A DNA stretch of 64,000 bases from the IMG/VR virus record IMGVR_UViG_2902405164_000001, positions 1,012 through 65,011 of that record; one strand, 5' to 3'. Below the pieces are notes generated by a model. The model was given only the letters and a program-made list of their open reading frames with translations, did not search any database and was not told the origin of the DNA. Position 1 is the stretch's first letter. The number at the start of each line of letters is the position of its first letter. Below are positions 1 through 8,600 of the stretch, one piece after another. The DNA comes from a virus. Position numbers and translations under genes: made by a program.

Positions 1-219
1 GACGATCTTCCGGCCGGCGCGGTCCGCGAGGTAGGCTTCCCAGACATCGCGGACGGTCGGGTCTACTGGCCGGCTGGCGACCGTGACGACGCGGTTGAAC
101 TCCTGCGCCGCTCCTGCCGCATCGCGAGCGACAAGCTGGCGGCGGCTGATCCGTTTTCCGTCCTCGTAGACAGCGACGGCCCAGCCGCCGCGGAAACGTT
201 GGAGTTTGAACTCTGGCAT
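1..219 (-). CDS. int: Tyrosine integrase, N-terminal part (runs off left edge; not in ORF track)
   Basis: Manual translation from ATG at 219: MPEFKLQRFRGGWAVAVYEDGKRISRRQLVARDAAGAAQEFNRVVTVASRPVDPTVRDVWEAYLADRAGRKIV; arm-binding-like start plus TVxDxWEAYL motif, overlapping xis; catalytic domain not visible. Confidence 0.7.
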   Translation of the reverse strand, partial: MPEFKLQRFRGGWAVAVYEDGKRISRRQLVARDAAGAAQEFNRVVTVASRPVDPTVRDVWEAYLADRAGRKIV

Positions 220-371
220 CGCTCGTAGCTCTCTACCGCCTCCGCTGTGAACCGTAGCAACTTCCCGCCGACGCGGAAGCTGGGCAACTGGCCATTGTCG
301 GCCATCTTGCGAACGTGTGACGCCGAGCATTTCCAGCGCTCAGCGACCTGCGCAGCCGTGTAGACACTCAC
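63..371 (-). CDS. xis: Excisionase-like HTH protein
   Basis: YTAAQVAERWKCSASHVRKMADNGQLPSFRVGGKLLRF; position next to int. Confidence 0.8.
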   Translation of the reverse strand: MSVYTAAQVAERWKCSASHVRKMADNGQLPSFRVGGKLLRFTAEAVESYERCQSSNSNVSAAAGPSLSTRTENGSAAASLSLAMRQERRRSSTASSRSPAGQ

Positions 372-940
372 TGTTGTCCTCCATCGTCAGATCTGGGGCT
401 GGGAAGCGGGGCGGTCTTGGCGGCGAGAGCGGCGCGGGCTGGCGCTAGGCTGGCGTCAAGATCGCCGTCTGGCGGTAGGCTGTGACCGGTAACGGCCATG
501 CGGATCGTGACGACTGCTTCGTCCACGCAGGTCTGTGTCGACGGTGCCAGCGCTCGGTAGGAGCCGGCCATGCGCATGGCCTCAAGCGGGATCGCTGCGA
601 TGAGGGCGACGCGCTTCCACGCCTCGGCGCCCTTCTCAGCCTCCTGGAGACGGGAGCGGAGTTGGGCGATCTCGTTTTTCAGAACGGCGATCTTGGTCTC
701 TTCCCAGCACGCAGGCGCGAACTCGGGCGCCTCGCTGGCGAGCATCACCTTAGTGCCAAGCCGCGGCTCCTCTCGGTATGGCTTCGCCTGAGCCTCTGCG
801 TACCGGCCAGCTTCGGCCAAGACTCCGGTGTAGCCCTGCGCTTCCGGCCTCCAGTAGAGACCGCGCTTGATGAGCACGTAGATGGCTGGCTCGTTCGTCT
901 CGGCCGTCCGGCCGGGGTCGGCGGCGGGGGTCTCAGACAT
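368..940 (-). CDS. Hypothetical phage protein
   Basis: Overlap-coupled ORF in early-left operon. Confidence 0.65.
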   Translation of the reverse strand: MSETPAADPGRTAETNEPAIYVLIKRGLYWRPEAQGYTGVLAEAGRYAEAQAKPYREEPRLGTKVMLASEAPEFAPACWEETKIAVLKNEIAQLRSRLQEAEKGAEAWKRVALIAAIPLEAMRMAGSYRALAPSTQTCVDEAVVTIRMAVTGHSLPPDGDLDASLAPARAALAAKTAPLPSPRSDDGGQQ

Positions 941-1523
941 CGTCCGCCCCCAGAATGAGATCGGAGGGCGCGACCTCGGCGAAGCGCGTGAGGAACGCTG
1001 CCTTCGCCATGGCTGGCGTCATGGGCGGGATGACGATGTCGAGCGGCTGCCGGCCCCGCGTGTAATTCCAGTCGTCACGGTTGCGCATCAGCTCGCGCTG
1101 CTCGGTGGCGAGCATCACCGTGTCGATCTCCTTGACCGAAGGCGGCAGGGGCATCGGAACGCCGAAGCGCTCAAACACCGCGGCCTCGACCCGCTTCTCG
1201 ACCTCGCGGTATTCGGGGCAGAGGTCCTTCAGCGGCTTCGCCATGTCGCCGACGAAGGCCTCAGCCGCATCGTGCATCAGCGCAGCGTAGGCGTCCGGAG
1301 CGGGCACGTGCTTCGACGCGATCACGCTATGCTGGGCGACGCTGTAGAACCGGCTGCACTGGCCGCCGAACCGGCAGATGTGGGACAGCCCATGGGCAAT
1401 GTCCTCAATCGTGAAGGCGCTCTGCTCGGGCGTGAGGAAGTCGAAGTAGTTCCCGCTGGCAAGCAGGATGGTTGGGCCAACGATGCGGCGCACGGTCGGG
1501 CTCTGCATGATCTCGCCCATCAC
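933..1523 (-). CDS. HD-domain phosphohydrolase (YfbR/YfdR-like deoxynucleotidase)
   Basis: IEDIAHGLSHICRFGG, YSVAQHSV, ALMHDAAEAFVGDM motifs. Confidence 0.85.
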   Translation of the reverse strand: MMGEIMQSPTVRRIVGPTILLASGNYFDFLTPEQSAFTIEDIAHGLSHICRFGGQCSRFYSVAQHSVIASKHVPAPDAYAALMHDAAEAFVGDMAKPLKDLCPEYREVEKRVEAAVFERFGVPMPLPPSVKEIDTVMLATEQRELMRNRDDWNYTRGRQPLDIVIPPMTPAMAKAAFLTRFAEVAPSDLILGADDV

Positions 1524-2557
1524 CGCACCTCACCGGCAGCCTGAAGGATACGGAGCGCGGTTTCGATGTTGGCAGCGTGCTCAGACCAGACCGCGGCTTG
1601 TCTTGGGATGCCATCCAGCCGGGCCATGTTCCGGTAGTAGTCAGCAAGCGCCTTCGGATCTCGGATGCCGTCAAGAAGCTGGCTCGCCTCCTCGACCGTC
1701 ATGCCTCCGGTCTTGAGGGTGGGAGAAGACTGGGGGGAGGGGTCGGGCGTCTCCCCTGACGGGGCCGCGCTGGCATCCTTCGGACTCAGCCCCTTCGGGT
1801 CTTCGCTCTGCGAGTGCTCATCGCTGACGCGCTGACCGTTGCGATAGACATCAATCACAGCGAGCGCGTAGATTTCATTGCCTCGGTGCTTTTCTGAAAG
1901 TTCTCTGGCGAACACCTCAACGTCGCCTCTAGAGCACATGCAGCTTATCCGGTCAAAATCGGTCGCATAAGCTGGGATGCGAGAAGGATACTCACCCGCA
2001 GGGCCACGACCGGAGGGCGTGGTCTCTGATGAGTAGCCTGTCCCGAAGGGCTCGCCCGTCCCTCCCCCGTCTGTCTGTATCTGTGAAGAGGCGACGAGCT
2101 TGCCGGCTCTGAAGGCGTTGACCAAGGCGCAGACGAAGGCAGCGACAGAGCGATTGCACGATGCGATGCTCTCTGGGTCGAAGTAGTCGCTCGGCACGCA
2201 GATCCCGTCGCAAGCAATCTCGCTCGGCCCACCATCTTCATCGTGGGCCTCATATTCGTCCGGGTGCCACGGCCCCTTGGGAGCCGCCTTGCTCAGCCTT
2301 TCCAGTTCTCCCAGATCCCCGCCCGCTCCGGCTGGATCCGGAGATGCGGTGGCCTTCAAAGCGCTGCGTAGGTCCATGATGTAGTCCGGCAAGGTGCCAG
2401 CGGCCCCGTCCTTATCGAACCAGTTGACGACTTTCAGCGCGGCTTCCCGCAGCGTCAGTTCGCCCTCAAACCGGCCGCCTGGGAAGTCCAGTCGCTTGTC
2501 TGGTTCTCCGCCCCTTCCAGCCGGCGAGGAAGCGGTGTTCGTGGGGGTGGTGGTCAT
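1520..2557 (-). CDS. Hypothetical mosaic phage protein
   Basis: Long coupled ORF with low-complexity linkers. Confidence 0.6.
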   Translation of the reverse strand: MTTTPTNTASSPAGRGGEPDKRLDFPGGRFEGELTLREAALKVVNWFDKDGAAGTLPDYIMDLRSALKATASPDPAGAGGDLGELERLSKAAPKGPWHPDEYEAHDEDGGPSEIACDGICVPSDYFDPESIASCNRSVAAFVCALVNAFRAGKLVASSQIQTDGGGTGEPFGTGYSSETTPSGRGPAGEYPSRIPAYATDFDRISCMCSRGDVEVFARELSEKHRGNEIYALAVIDVYRNGQRVSDEHSQSEDPKGLSPKDASAAPSGETPDPSPQSSPTLKTGGMTVEEASQLLDGIRDPKALADYYRNMARLDGIPRQAAVWSEHAANIETALRILQAAGEVR

Positions 2558-2829
2558 GGCTCAAATCTCCCGTAAGATCCGATATGCCATGAGGTGGCTT
2601 GCAGATCGGAAATGTAGCCTTCTTTGTGCAGCCAGATGATAAATCCATCATAGTCTGGCTCTTCTTGCCAGCCATCCTCGCTGGGCTTCCACTGCTCGCG
2701 ATAGGCTTCCGCGAGTGGGTATTTGTCGATGTCACGCTCAACTCGGAACGGTCCGGTATACGAACTGTCGCTATACTCGCCGTGATCAAAGATGATGGCC
2801 GTGCCGGCCTTGATGATCTCGTCAGCCAT
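2554..2829 (-). CDS. Hypothetical protein (start MADEIIK)
   Basis: Coupled ORF; start reassigned to ATG 2829. Confidence 0.65.
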   Translation of the reverse strand: MADEIIKAGTAIIFDHGEYSDSSYTGPFRVERDIDKYPLAEAYREQWKPSEDGWQEEPDYDGFIIWLHKEGYISDLQATSWHIGSYGRFEP

Positions 2830-3031
2830 TCCGGTCTGCTCCCGTCGCGAGGGCGGCGCGGGCCGGCACGTAGTCGTCGCAGAGGACGGCATCGCCATCG
2901 GCTACGGATTGCCACGTGAAGGCGCTGTAGGACTGCCAAGTGGATCGCGGCTTGGTCCCGCTGGCCTCGTTCCGGTAGCAGTCGCGCCGGAGCGGGCAGT
3001 CCTCGCTGGGACACATTGATATATCGGGAAT
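2822..3031 (-). CDS. Small Cys-rich phage protein (xPDISMC...CP...CYR); possible ATT start
   Basis: GGAGG 5 nt upstream of in-frame ATT at 3031; first ATG at 3016 is five codons downstream. Confidence 0.6.
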   Translation of the reverse strand: MPDISMCPSEDCPLRRDCYRNEASGTKPRSTWQSYSAFTWQSVADGDAVLCDDYVPARAALATGADRNG

Positions 3032-3043
3032 TGTCGCCTCCTA

Positions 3044-3387
3044 TTATTGGTGCAAAGCATCATGACAGGGTCGGCAAACCCATTTTACATCAAGATGCCG
3101 AGAGTAATCGGCGTGATGAGCCTCAACCTCCGTTGATCCACAGGCACACGGCGCACTCTTAAGTTTGCCTCTGCGAACAGCCATATGGCAGGTGAGCGTC
3201 GCACTGGCTCCTTCACCCAGAGCCGATCTCCCGGCAGGGATGGCACGGCGGCTTTCTGGTTTGGGAACCGCTGCACGATGGCTTCCGGCCAATCCTGCTT
3301 CTTCAGAACCCGTCGGGTCTGCGACTTCCGGCCAGCGAGCAGCGCCGCAATCATGGGCGACGAGAAGATGATGGGACGGTCAGCCAC
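3044..3387 (-). pseudogene. Chimeric remnant: 5' part of ASCH-like gene joined out of frame to 3' part of an HNH gene
   Basis: VADRPIIFSSPMIAALLAGRKSQTRR...GDRLWVKE (paralog of 4559-5233), then another frame encodes CACGSTEVEAHHADYSRHLDVKWVCRPCH. Confidence 0.65.
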
Positions 3388-3853
3388 GCGCGATCTCCTG
3401 CTTGTCAGCGGCATCGGTGGCGGAGACACAGCGGCGGGCGGTGACGGCCTTACCGAGATCTGCGCGGTCAATGATGGCTTGCAGCCGATCTCGGTCCGCC
3501 AGTGTCATGCGGTAGCCGACGCAGAAGACGCTCACGAAGCCGGGGTCCACGCCTGCCGCACGCATGCGCCGCCGCATCTCGCAGACGAGGATCTGCACCT
3601 GATTGCGAGGGTCTTCAGGTAAGTCGCCGCTGCCCCAGACGGCGGCGTAGATCCGGCTGTGCTTGGCGACGTGAGGGCTTGCCGCCATGATGCACGACAG
3701 GACGGCTGCGCGCTGTGGCGTCAGGCGCCATGCTTTCGGGAAGGCGATCTGCGGCGCGAGTTCTTCCCGTAGCTGCCGGACCGTCTCGCGCAGGATGTCG
3801 TTCTCCTCGCGGAGGGCAGCGATGACGCCGTGAAGGTTGATCGGGGCGTTCAT
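3380..3853 (-). CDS. Coiled-coil plus OmpR/CtrA-type winged-helix DNA-binding protein
   Basis: LTPQRAAVL...IYAAVWG...VQILVCEMRRRM...GYRM resembles Trans_reg_C; no receiver domain. Confidence 0.7.
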   Translation of the reverse strand: MNAPINLHGVIAALREENDILRETVRQLREELAPQIAFPKAWRLTPQRAAVLSCIMAASPHVAKHSRIYAAVWGSGDLPEDPRNQVQILVCEMRRRMRAAGVDPGFVSVFCVGYRMTLADRDRLQAIIDRADLGKAVTARRCVSATDAADKQEIARG

Positions 3854-4446
3854 GCTGCCGACCCCACCTGAGCGGCCTCGGCCTTCATCTTGGCGGCCCA
3901 GAGCTTCACGGCCTCGAATGCCCAGCGGGCTGCTGCCGTGTGCCGGTACAGCGGATCTTCGAAGTCGCCGGTCAGGTTGTAGATGCGCTCGGCCGACATG
4001 CTGTCGTCGTCGCGGAACTGGCGGACAGCATCCTTCCGGTCAGCCGGGTCGTTCTCATCGCCGCCGTATTCGTCGCAGAGCTGCTTGAACAACTGTGGCT
4101 GCCACTTGCGCCGCTGAGCCTCGTAGGCGCTCTCGATCAGCGCCTCGACAGTGGCCTCACGATCATATTCCTCCTTGAACTCGGATTTGCTGGTCAGGTA
4201 GTCGAAGCCAGCCTTGCCGATCAGGTCGATGGCGCCCTCAAGGGTCTGGAATGCCGGCCAAACCTCATATACGGCTGTGCCAATATCGCCGCTGACCGCC
4301 ACGACGCCGACCGCCCAGGTAATCCGGAAGGCATAGGCGCTGGTTCCCGGCTTGCCGAGGTGCCATGACTTGGCTGGCGCGTCCTGCATGATGTGCTCAG
4401 CGAAGGACAGTGCGGCAATCTTCTGGATGTTTTCGTGATTGCTCAT
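3850..4446 (-). CDS. Hypothetical phage protein (start MSNHENIQK)
   Basis: Coupled ORF, protein-like composition. Confidence 0.7.
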   Translation of the reverse strand: MSNHENIQKIAALSFAEHIMQDAPAKSWHLGKPGTSAYAFRITWAVGVVAVSGDIGTAVYEVWPAFQTLEGAIDLIGKAGFDYLTSKSEFKEEYDREATVEALIESAYEAQRRKWQPQLFKQLCDEYGGDENDPADRKDAVRQFRDDDSMSAERIYNLTGDFEDPLYRHTAAARWAFEAVKLWAAKMKAEAAQVGSAA

Positions 4447-4562
4447 TTCCGCAGCCTCCACTTGCCAGCTTCTCGAATGCCCTCGTCCATCCAGACGGTG
4501 ATGCTGGTCGGCACGGCGTAGGCGAGCAGAGCCAGGGCGAGGTAAGGAAGGTCGGCGATCAT
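4443..4562 (-). CDS. Small membrane protein, 39 aa (not in track)
   Basis: MIADLPYLALALLAYAVPTSITVWMDEGIREAGKWRLRK; overlap-coupled on both sides. Confidence 0.55.
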   Translation of the reverse strand: MIADLPYLALALLAYAVPTSITVWMDEGIREAGKWRLRK

Positions 4563-5233
4563 GCTGCCCTCGGCAGATCATCGATGTTGCGCGTTTGGAC
4601 GGTGAAGCTCACCGCGCAAATCCATGGATTGGCAGCCCAGGCGTCGGGGCCGTTGATGCCGTTCCATAGGTCTCGGAAGGCAGAGACGGGGTCTTCCCAT
4701 CCCTGGACCGGCGCATGAGGCACACCCCAGATCTTTGATCCGAGCGACTGCGACAGCTCGCCGTGAATGCCTTCCGCCTCTGCGTCAGCCGCGCTGATGT
4801 CCTGCAGCCTCTCAACCCGGACGTCTGTCACCAGCAGAGTGAGCCGCGAAGCCCAGCGCGGCATGAACAGGGACGGCCGCAGCTTGCCATAGCTGTGCGC
4901 CACGCACGGATCGGCCTCATATCGGACGTAGCTGGGCTGGATCTCGCGAGGCGGGCGATTGTCCCATTCCTCGGTCGCGCGCCACGTCTCCTTGACCCAC
5001 AGGCGGTCGCCCGCGGCAAAGCGAACGACAGCATCGCCCAGATAGGCATTGTACAGCGAGCGCCACTCAAAAGCGTGCTCCTGAGGCGCGTCGAGCGGCC
5101 GGCGCAGGACGCGCACGCACCGCTTGCCGGAGCCTAAAGGCGGTTGCTCCTTCAGTGGCCGGCGGGTCTGCGTTTTCCGGCCTTCCAGAAGCGCTCTAAC
5201 CATCGGCGCCGAGAAGAGAATGGGTCGATCCAT
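4559..5233 (-). CDS. ASCH/PUA-like phage protein
   Basis: MDRPILFSAPMVRALLEGRKTQTRR, GDRLWVKE, PSLFMPRWASRLTL, WAANPWI motifs. Confidence 0.8.
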   Translation of the reverse strand: MDRPILFSAPMVRALLEGRKTQTRRPLKEQPPLGSGKRCVRVLRRPLDAPQEHAFEWRSLYNAYLGDAVVRFAAGDRLWVKETWRATEEWDNRPPREIQPSYVRYEADPCVAHSYGKLRPSLFMPRWASRLTLLVTDVRVERLQDISAADAEAEGIHGELSQSLGSKIWGVPHAPVQGWEDPVSAFRDLWNGINGPDAWAANPWICAVSFTVQTRNIDDLPRAA

Positions 5234-5439
5234 TACGCGGCCTCCCGATCATTCGCCGCGACCAGGCAGCCGATCTCGGCTCGTCCCACCACGACAGGCG
5301 CGACCTCATCCGCAGCCGGCTGGGAATTGCCCGCGTTCAGATCCCGACGCAGCGTGGCGATGGTGATCAGAGCGATCACGAGAAGGGAGGGCAGAAGGAC
5401 GATGCCGGCGCCCAAGGCGATGAGTAGGAGCGCACTCAT
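5233..5439 (-). CDS. Small membrane protein
   Basis: N-terminal hydrophobic helix. Confidence 0.6.
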   Translation of the reverse strand: MSALLLIALGAGIVLLPSLLVIALITIATLRRDLNAGNSQPAADEVAPVVVGRAEIGCLVAANDREAA

Positions 5440-5582
5440 TGGTCCGGCCCCTCACGAAACAGACGATCCGCCTCAAGCATCGCGTCCTGCTCTCGGAGAT
5501 CTCGACGAGCATCCCGGAAGCCGATGCAGAGGGCGGCGATGATGGAGAGGCCGATGCCGCAGACGAGGCCGAGCCAGAACAT
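5436..5582 (-). CDS. Small membrane protein (start MFWLGL)
   Basis: Hydrophobic helix; coupled. Confidence 0.55.
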   Translation of the reverse strand: MFWLGLVCGIGLSIIAALCIGFRDARRDLREQDAMLEADRLFREGPDQ

Positions 5583-6031
5583 CAGGCTGCCCTCCGAGTG
5601 CTGGCAGCATCGGCGGCAGATACTTCCCGGCTCAGCGTTTCCACGTCGGTGCCAAGGTGCTCCGACAGGACGCGGATGGCCTTCTCGTACCAAGCGGCAA
5701 AACGGTCTTGGCTCATCGCTGCGAAGCTGATGCTGGCCGGCACTGGGTAGGGCATGCCGGTGAGCGCTGAGACGCGGGTCTCAAACAGGCCGGTGGCGAG
5801 CTTCAGATCCTCCAGCAGCATGGTGCTGTCGGCCCACCGATCGGTCTGTTCCAGCACGACGGCGAACAGGGCGAACAGCTTGCGGTGGTGCTGGACGGAT
5901 CTCGGACGGCGAATGGTGACCAGCACCTCGGAGCCGTCCTTAATGCCGCGCAGGAAGTCGTCAGCGTGCATGTCGGCAGCCCAAAGGCTGGTGCCGCGCT
6001 TTATGAAGCATCTGGCGGATAAATCGCTCAT
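5582..6031 (-). CDS. NinB/DUF1367-like recombination accessory protein
   Basis: RPRSVQHHRKLFAL, SISFAAMSQDRFAAWYEKAI motifs. Confidence 0.75.
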   Translation of the reverse strand: MSDLSARCFIKRGTSLWAADMHADDFLRGIKDGSEVLVTIRRPRSVQHHRKLFALFAVVLEQTDRWADSTMLLEDLKLATGLFETRVSALTGMPYPVPASISFAAMSQDRFAAWYEKAIRVLSEHLGTDVETLSREVSAADAASTRRAA

Positions 6032-6624
6032 CGCACGTGCCCCCATGCTTTGCCGGATCTGACGGCAGCAATGGCTTGGCGGGTGACGCCGTATCGCCGG
6101 GCGATCACGGTGTGCTGCTCAAGGCTGGCGCGGATCTCCCGGACTGTTTTCTCGGAGAGCTTCGACGCTGCGTTCGCGGCTCCTTTGAGCCTGCGATCAC
6201 GACGATCAATGTCGGCGTTGTTTTGCTGCGCTGTGCCGACGTAAAGGTGATCTGGATTGACGCAGCACCTCGTGTCGCAGTGATGCAGAACACCAAGGCC
6301 GTCGGGGATCTCGCCGCAGTGCAGACGGTACGACAGGCGGTGCGCGCGCTCGGTCACGCCGCCAATGCGGATCTGTCCGTACCCGTCATGATGAAGTGTG
6401 CCGGTCCACAACCAGCAGCCGCTCATTGGCTCGGGAAGGATCTCAGCACGAAAGGCATCCAGCGTGTTCACACGGTACGAGTGAACCGTGGCGCCGCACT
6501 TCACGCCGCAGAACCGGCGACGACCCCAGAAGCCGCGAGACTGGTTCCGCGGGCGGCGGTAGATTGAACCGCAGTGCTCGCAGACCTTCTGGTCGGCAAA
6601 GAACCGATCAGCATGATCGCTCAT
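6028..6624 (-). CDS. HNH endonuclease with Zn-finger and C-terminal HTH
   Basis: GCWLWTG, RAHRLSY, VLHHCDTRCCVNPDHLYVGTAQQN. Confidence 0.9.
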   Translation of the reverse strand: MSDHADRFFADQKVCEHCGSIYRRPRNQSRGFWGRRRFCGVKCGATVHSYRVNTLDAFRAEILPEPMSGCWLWTGTLHHDGYGQIRIGGVTERAHRLSYRLHCGEIPDGLGVLHHCDTRCCVNPDHLYVGTAQQNNADIDRRDRRLKGAANAASKLSEKTVREIRASLEQHTVIARRYGVTRQAIAAVRSGKAWGHVR

Positions 6625-7256
6625 GACACAGCTCGCGGCTTGAGGGCTTCGACGCGGGCCGTGACGAGCTGCTGAAGCTCGCGGCACTCATCGTCATTCA
6701 GGTCGAAGTCGCGGAAGGCCTGGCGCCGCTCGTCGGTGTTCCACCACCCGGCGAGCGTTGCCGTGTCGGGGGCATCCGCGATCCGCTTCTTGCAGGACGC
6801 GATAAATTCGTTGGCGGCCACGTCAGGATCAACGGTGTCGTCCTGCTGGCGACCGGCCTTCTTGAACTCGTCGGCCTCCTCCTCGGAGTAGGCGAGCCCG
6901 TGCAGCTCCACGAGTTTGAGGATGACGCGGTCTTTTCCGCGCTTCTCGGCCATGGCGTAGACATAGGCCGCCTGCTTGCCCGAGACGCGGTAGTTCACGT
7001 TGACCAGGGCCTCGCCGATCGACCACTCGGATCGCTTGTCGAGGCTGCCGGCGACCATGATGACCGCCTCGTCGCGCTCGGCGCGGAGGATTGTCGGCTT
7101 CTCGAATGCGATGCCGGCCTTCGCGGCGACCCGCTCAAGGCACTTGTGCGAGATGACCGGCGTACCCTGAACCTCCCAGACGGTGCCGCCCTTGCGGGCG
7201 TCGTAGGTCTCGCCGTAGCGCTCTAGGACTTCCTTGATCTTGGCAGCGGCGGTCAT
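6621..7256 (-). CDS. Putative ssDNA-annealing/recombination protein
   Basis: Recombinase position; EWSIGEA...YVYAMAEKRGKDRVILKL...YSEEEAD motif; function inferred. Confidence 0.5.
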   Translation of the reverse strand: MTAAAKIKEVLERYGETYDARKGGTVWEVQGTPVISHKCLERVAAKAGIAFEKPTILRAERDEAVIMVAGSLDKRSEWSIGEALVNVNYRVSGKQAAYVYAMAEKRGKDRVILKLVELHGLAYSEEEADEFKKAGRQQDDTVDPDVAANEFIASCKKRIADAPDTATLAGWWNTDERRQAFRDFDLNDDECRELQQLVTARVEALKPRAVS

Positions 7257-7483
7257 GGTGCCGGATCCTCTGCTGGGGCTCGGCGAGGCGCGTACAGCGC
7301 GCATTCGCCATCGCGGTTGGTGTCCTCGCAGCGAGCGTAAGGAGGGTTTGGCGAGAAGCCGGGGCTGACGAACTTGAAGCCGGGCTCAATCGGCCTCGCT
7401 AAGCAGCGCCACCGCCACGGCTTCTGTTCATCCCGGCTGGCGGGGTGCACGTGATCGCAGTCTGAGCACCACACGGGCGTCAT
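7253..7483 (-). CDS. Small Cys-rich protein (start MTPVWCSDC)
   Basis: CxxC and further cysteines; coupled. Confidence 0.6.
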   Translation of the reverse strand: MTPVWCSDCDHVHPASRDEQKPWRWRCLARPIEPGFKFVSPGFSPNPPYARCEDTNRDGECALYAPRRAPAEDPAP

Positions 7484-7767
7484 GCGGCCTGCGCCTCCGC
7501 ACGCTGTTCGATGCCGAGGAAGTCCAGAGCCGCCCCAAAGGTCGCGAACGTGTTGCCGGTCGGGCTCAACGGGCGAGGCAGGCCCGTGCAGGCCGCATCC
7601 GGAAAGGCTTCTGGATCGGGAAGGATCGTCCACGGCTCGGCCGGGAACATCGGGATACCGAGCCAGGACTTGGCGGGGAAGGCCGGCGTCAGGATCGCCA
7701 CCTTGCGATCACCGAAGTAGATCGCGTGGTAGTCGGGTTGGGTCTCTACCGTGCTGAAGGCGCTCAT
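7480..7767 (-). CDS. Hypothetical protein
   Basis: Coupled ORF. Confidence 0.65.
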   Translation of the reverse strand: MSAFSTVETQPDYHAIYFGDRKVAILTPAFPAKSWLGIPMFPAEPWTILPDPEAFPDAACTGLPRPLSPTGNTFATFGAALDFLGIEQRAEAQAA

Positions 7768-8120
7768 GACCGCGCCTCCACGATCACGAGGCGGGTTTTG
7801 AGCCCCTGCTTCTCGGAAGTCGCGTTGAACTTTGCGACGACCGCAGCGGCGAGATCAATGCCAGCGGTCACGGCACAAAGATCCGCGCAAATCACGACAT
7901 CAGCTAGCTCTTCGGCGAGCTGTTCCTTCGTCGCCCGAGATCCCCGCCAGCCGTGGCGCTCGCGTTCCAACTTCTTGATGACGTTACAGGCCTCGCCTGT
8001 CTCGCCGGCAAGCTCGTTGCCCCGGAAGGCCAGATCAGGCTCCGGGTCGCCGCCTGTGCACCATTCGGTCTGCCGAGCCTTGTTGGCGGCATTCAGGTCG
8101 GAGAGACTGATCTTGTCCAT
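7764..8120 (-). CDS. MazG-like nucleotide pyrophosphohydrolase
   Basis: ELAGETGEACNVIKK, LAEELADVVI, KFNATS. Confidence 0.9.
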   Translation of the reverse strand: MDKISLSDLNAANKARQTEWCTGGDPEPDLAFRGNELAGETGEACNVIKKLERERHGWRGSRATKEQLAEELADVVICADLCAVTAGIDLAAAVVAKFNATSEKQGLKTRLVIVEARS

Positions 8121-8437
8121 CAGAACGCCTCCGCGCTCGCGACAGCCGGCAGCCGGTCAGAAGCGACAGGACGCGGAAGAACCTCGGCCTCCACATCACG
8201 GACGCGCTGGATGAAGCCCTCAAGGGCGTTCAGCGTCGCGGCCAGGGTCAGACGGGTTCCAGCGCCCGTGAAGCCGACGTCGCCGGCCTGATGGCCCTCC
8301 AGCATGCGGACGACATCGCCCGTCAGGTTGTGAAGATCGTCACGCTCGCGGCGCAGACGAATGGGGCTGATCCGGTTCGCCCGGCTGCGCGGCTCGGGCG
8401 TGTCATCGGAAGCCGAATTGAGGTAACACATGGTCAA
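8120..8437 (-). CDS. Hypothetical protein
   Basis: Coupled ORF. Confidence 0.6.
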   Translation of the reverse strand: MTMCYLNSASDDTPEPRSRANRISPIRLRRERDDLHNLTGDVVRMLEGHQAGDVGFTGAGTRLTLAATLNALEGFIQRVRDVEAEVLPRPVASDRLPAVASAEAF

Positions 8438-8586
8438 TCCTCCGACGAGGTGAGGGCGAAAAGCTGGTGGGCGATCTCAAAAGCGCCGATGAATAGAAGT
8501 GCCGATCCGAAGGTGATCAGCGGAACCGCAATCCCGCAGAGCAAAGCTGCATGATGGGCTGGGCAGGAGCCGAGGTAGGTGAGCAT
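8434..8586 (-). CDS. Small membrane protein
   Basis: Hydrophobic helix. Confidence 0.5.
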   Translation of the reverse strand: MLTYLGSCPAHHAALLCGIAVPLITFGSALLFIGAFEIAHQLFALTSSED

Positions 8587-8600
8587 TGCTCGTCTCCTGA

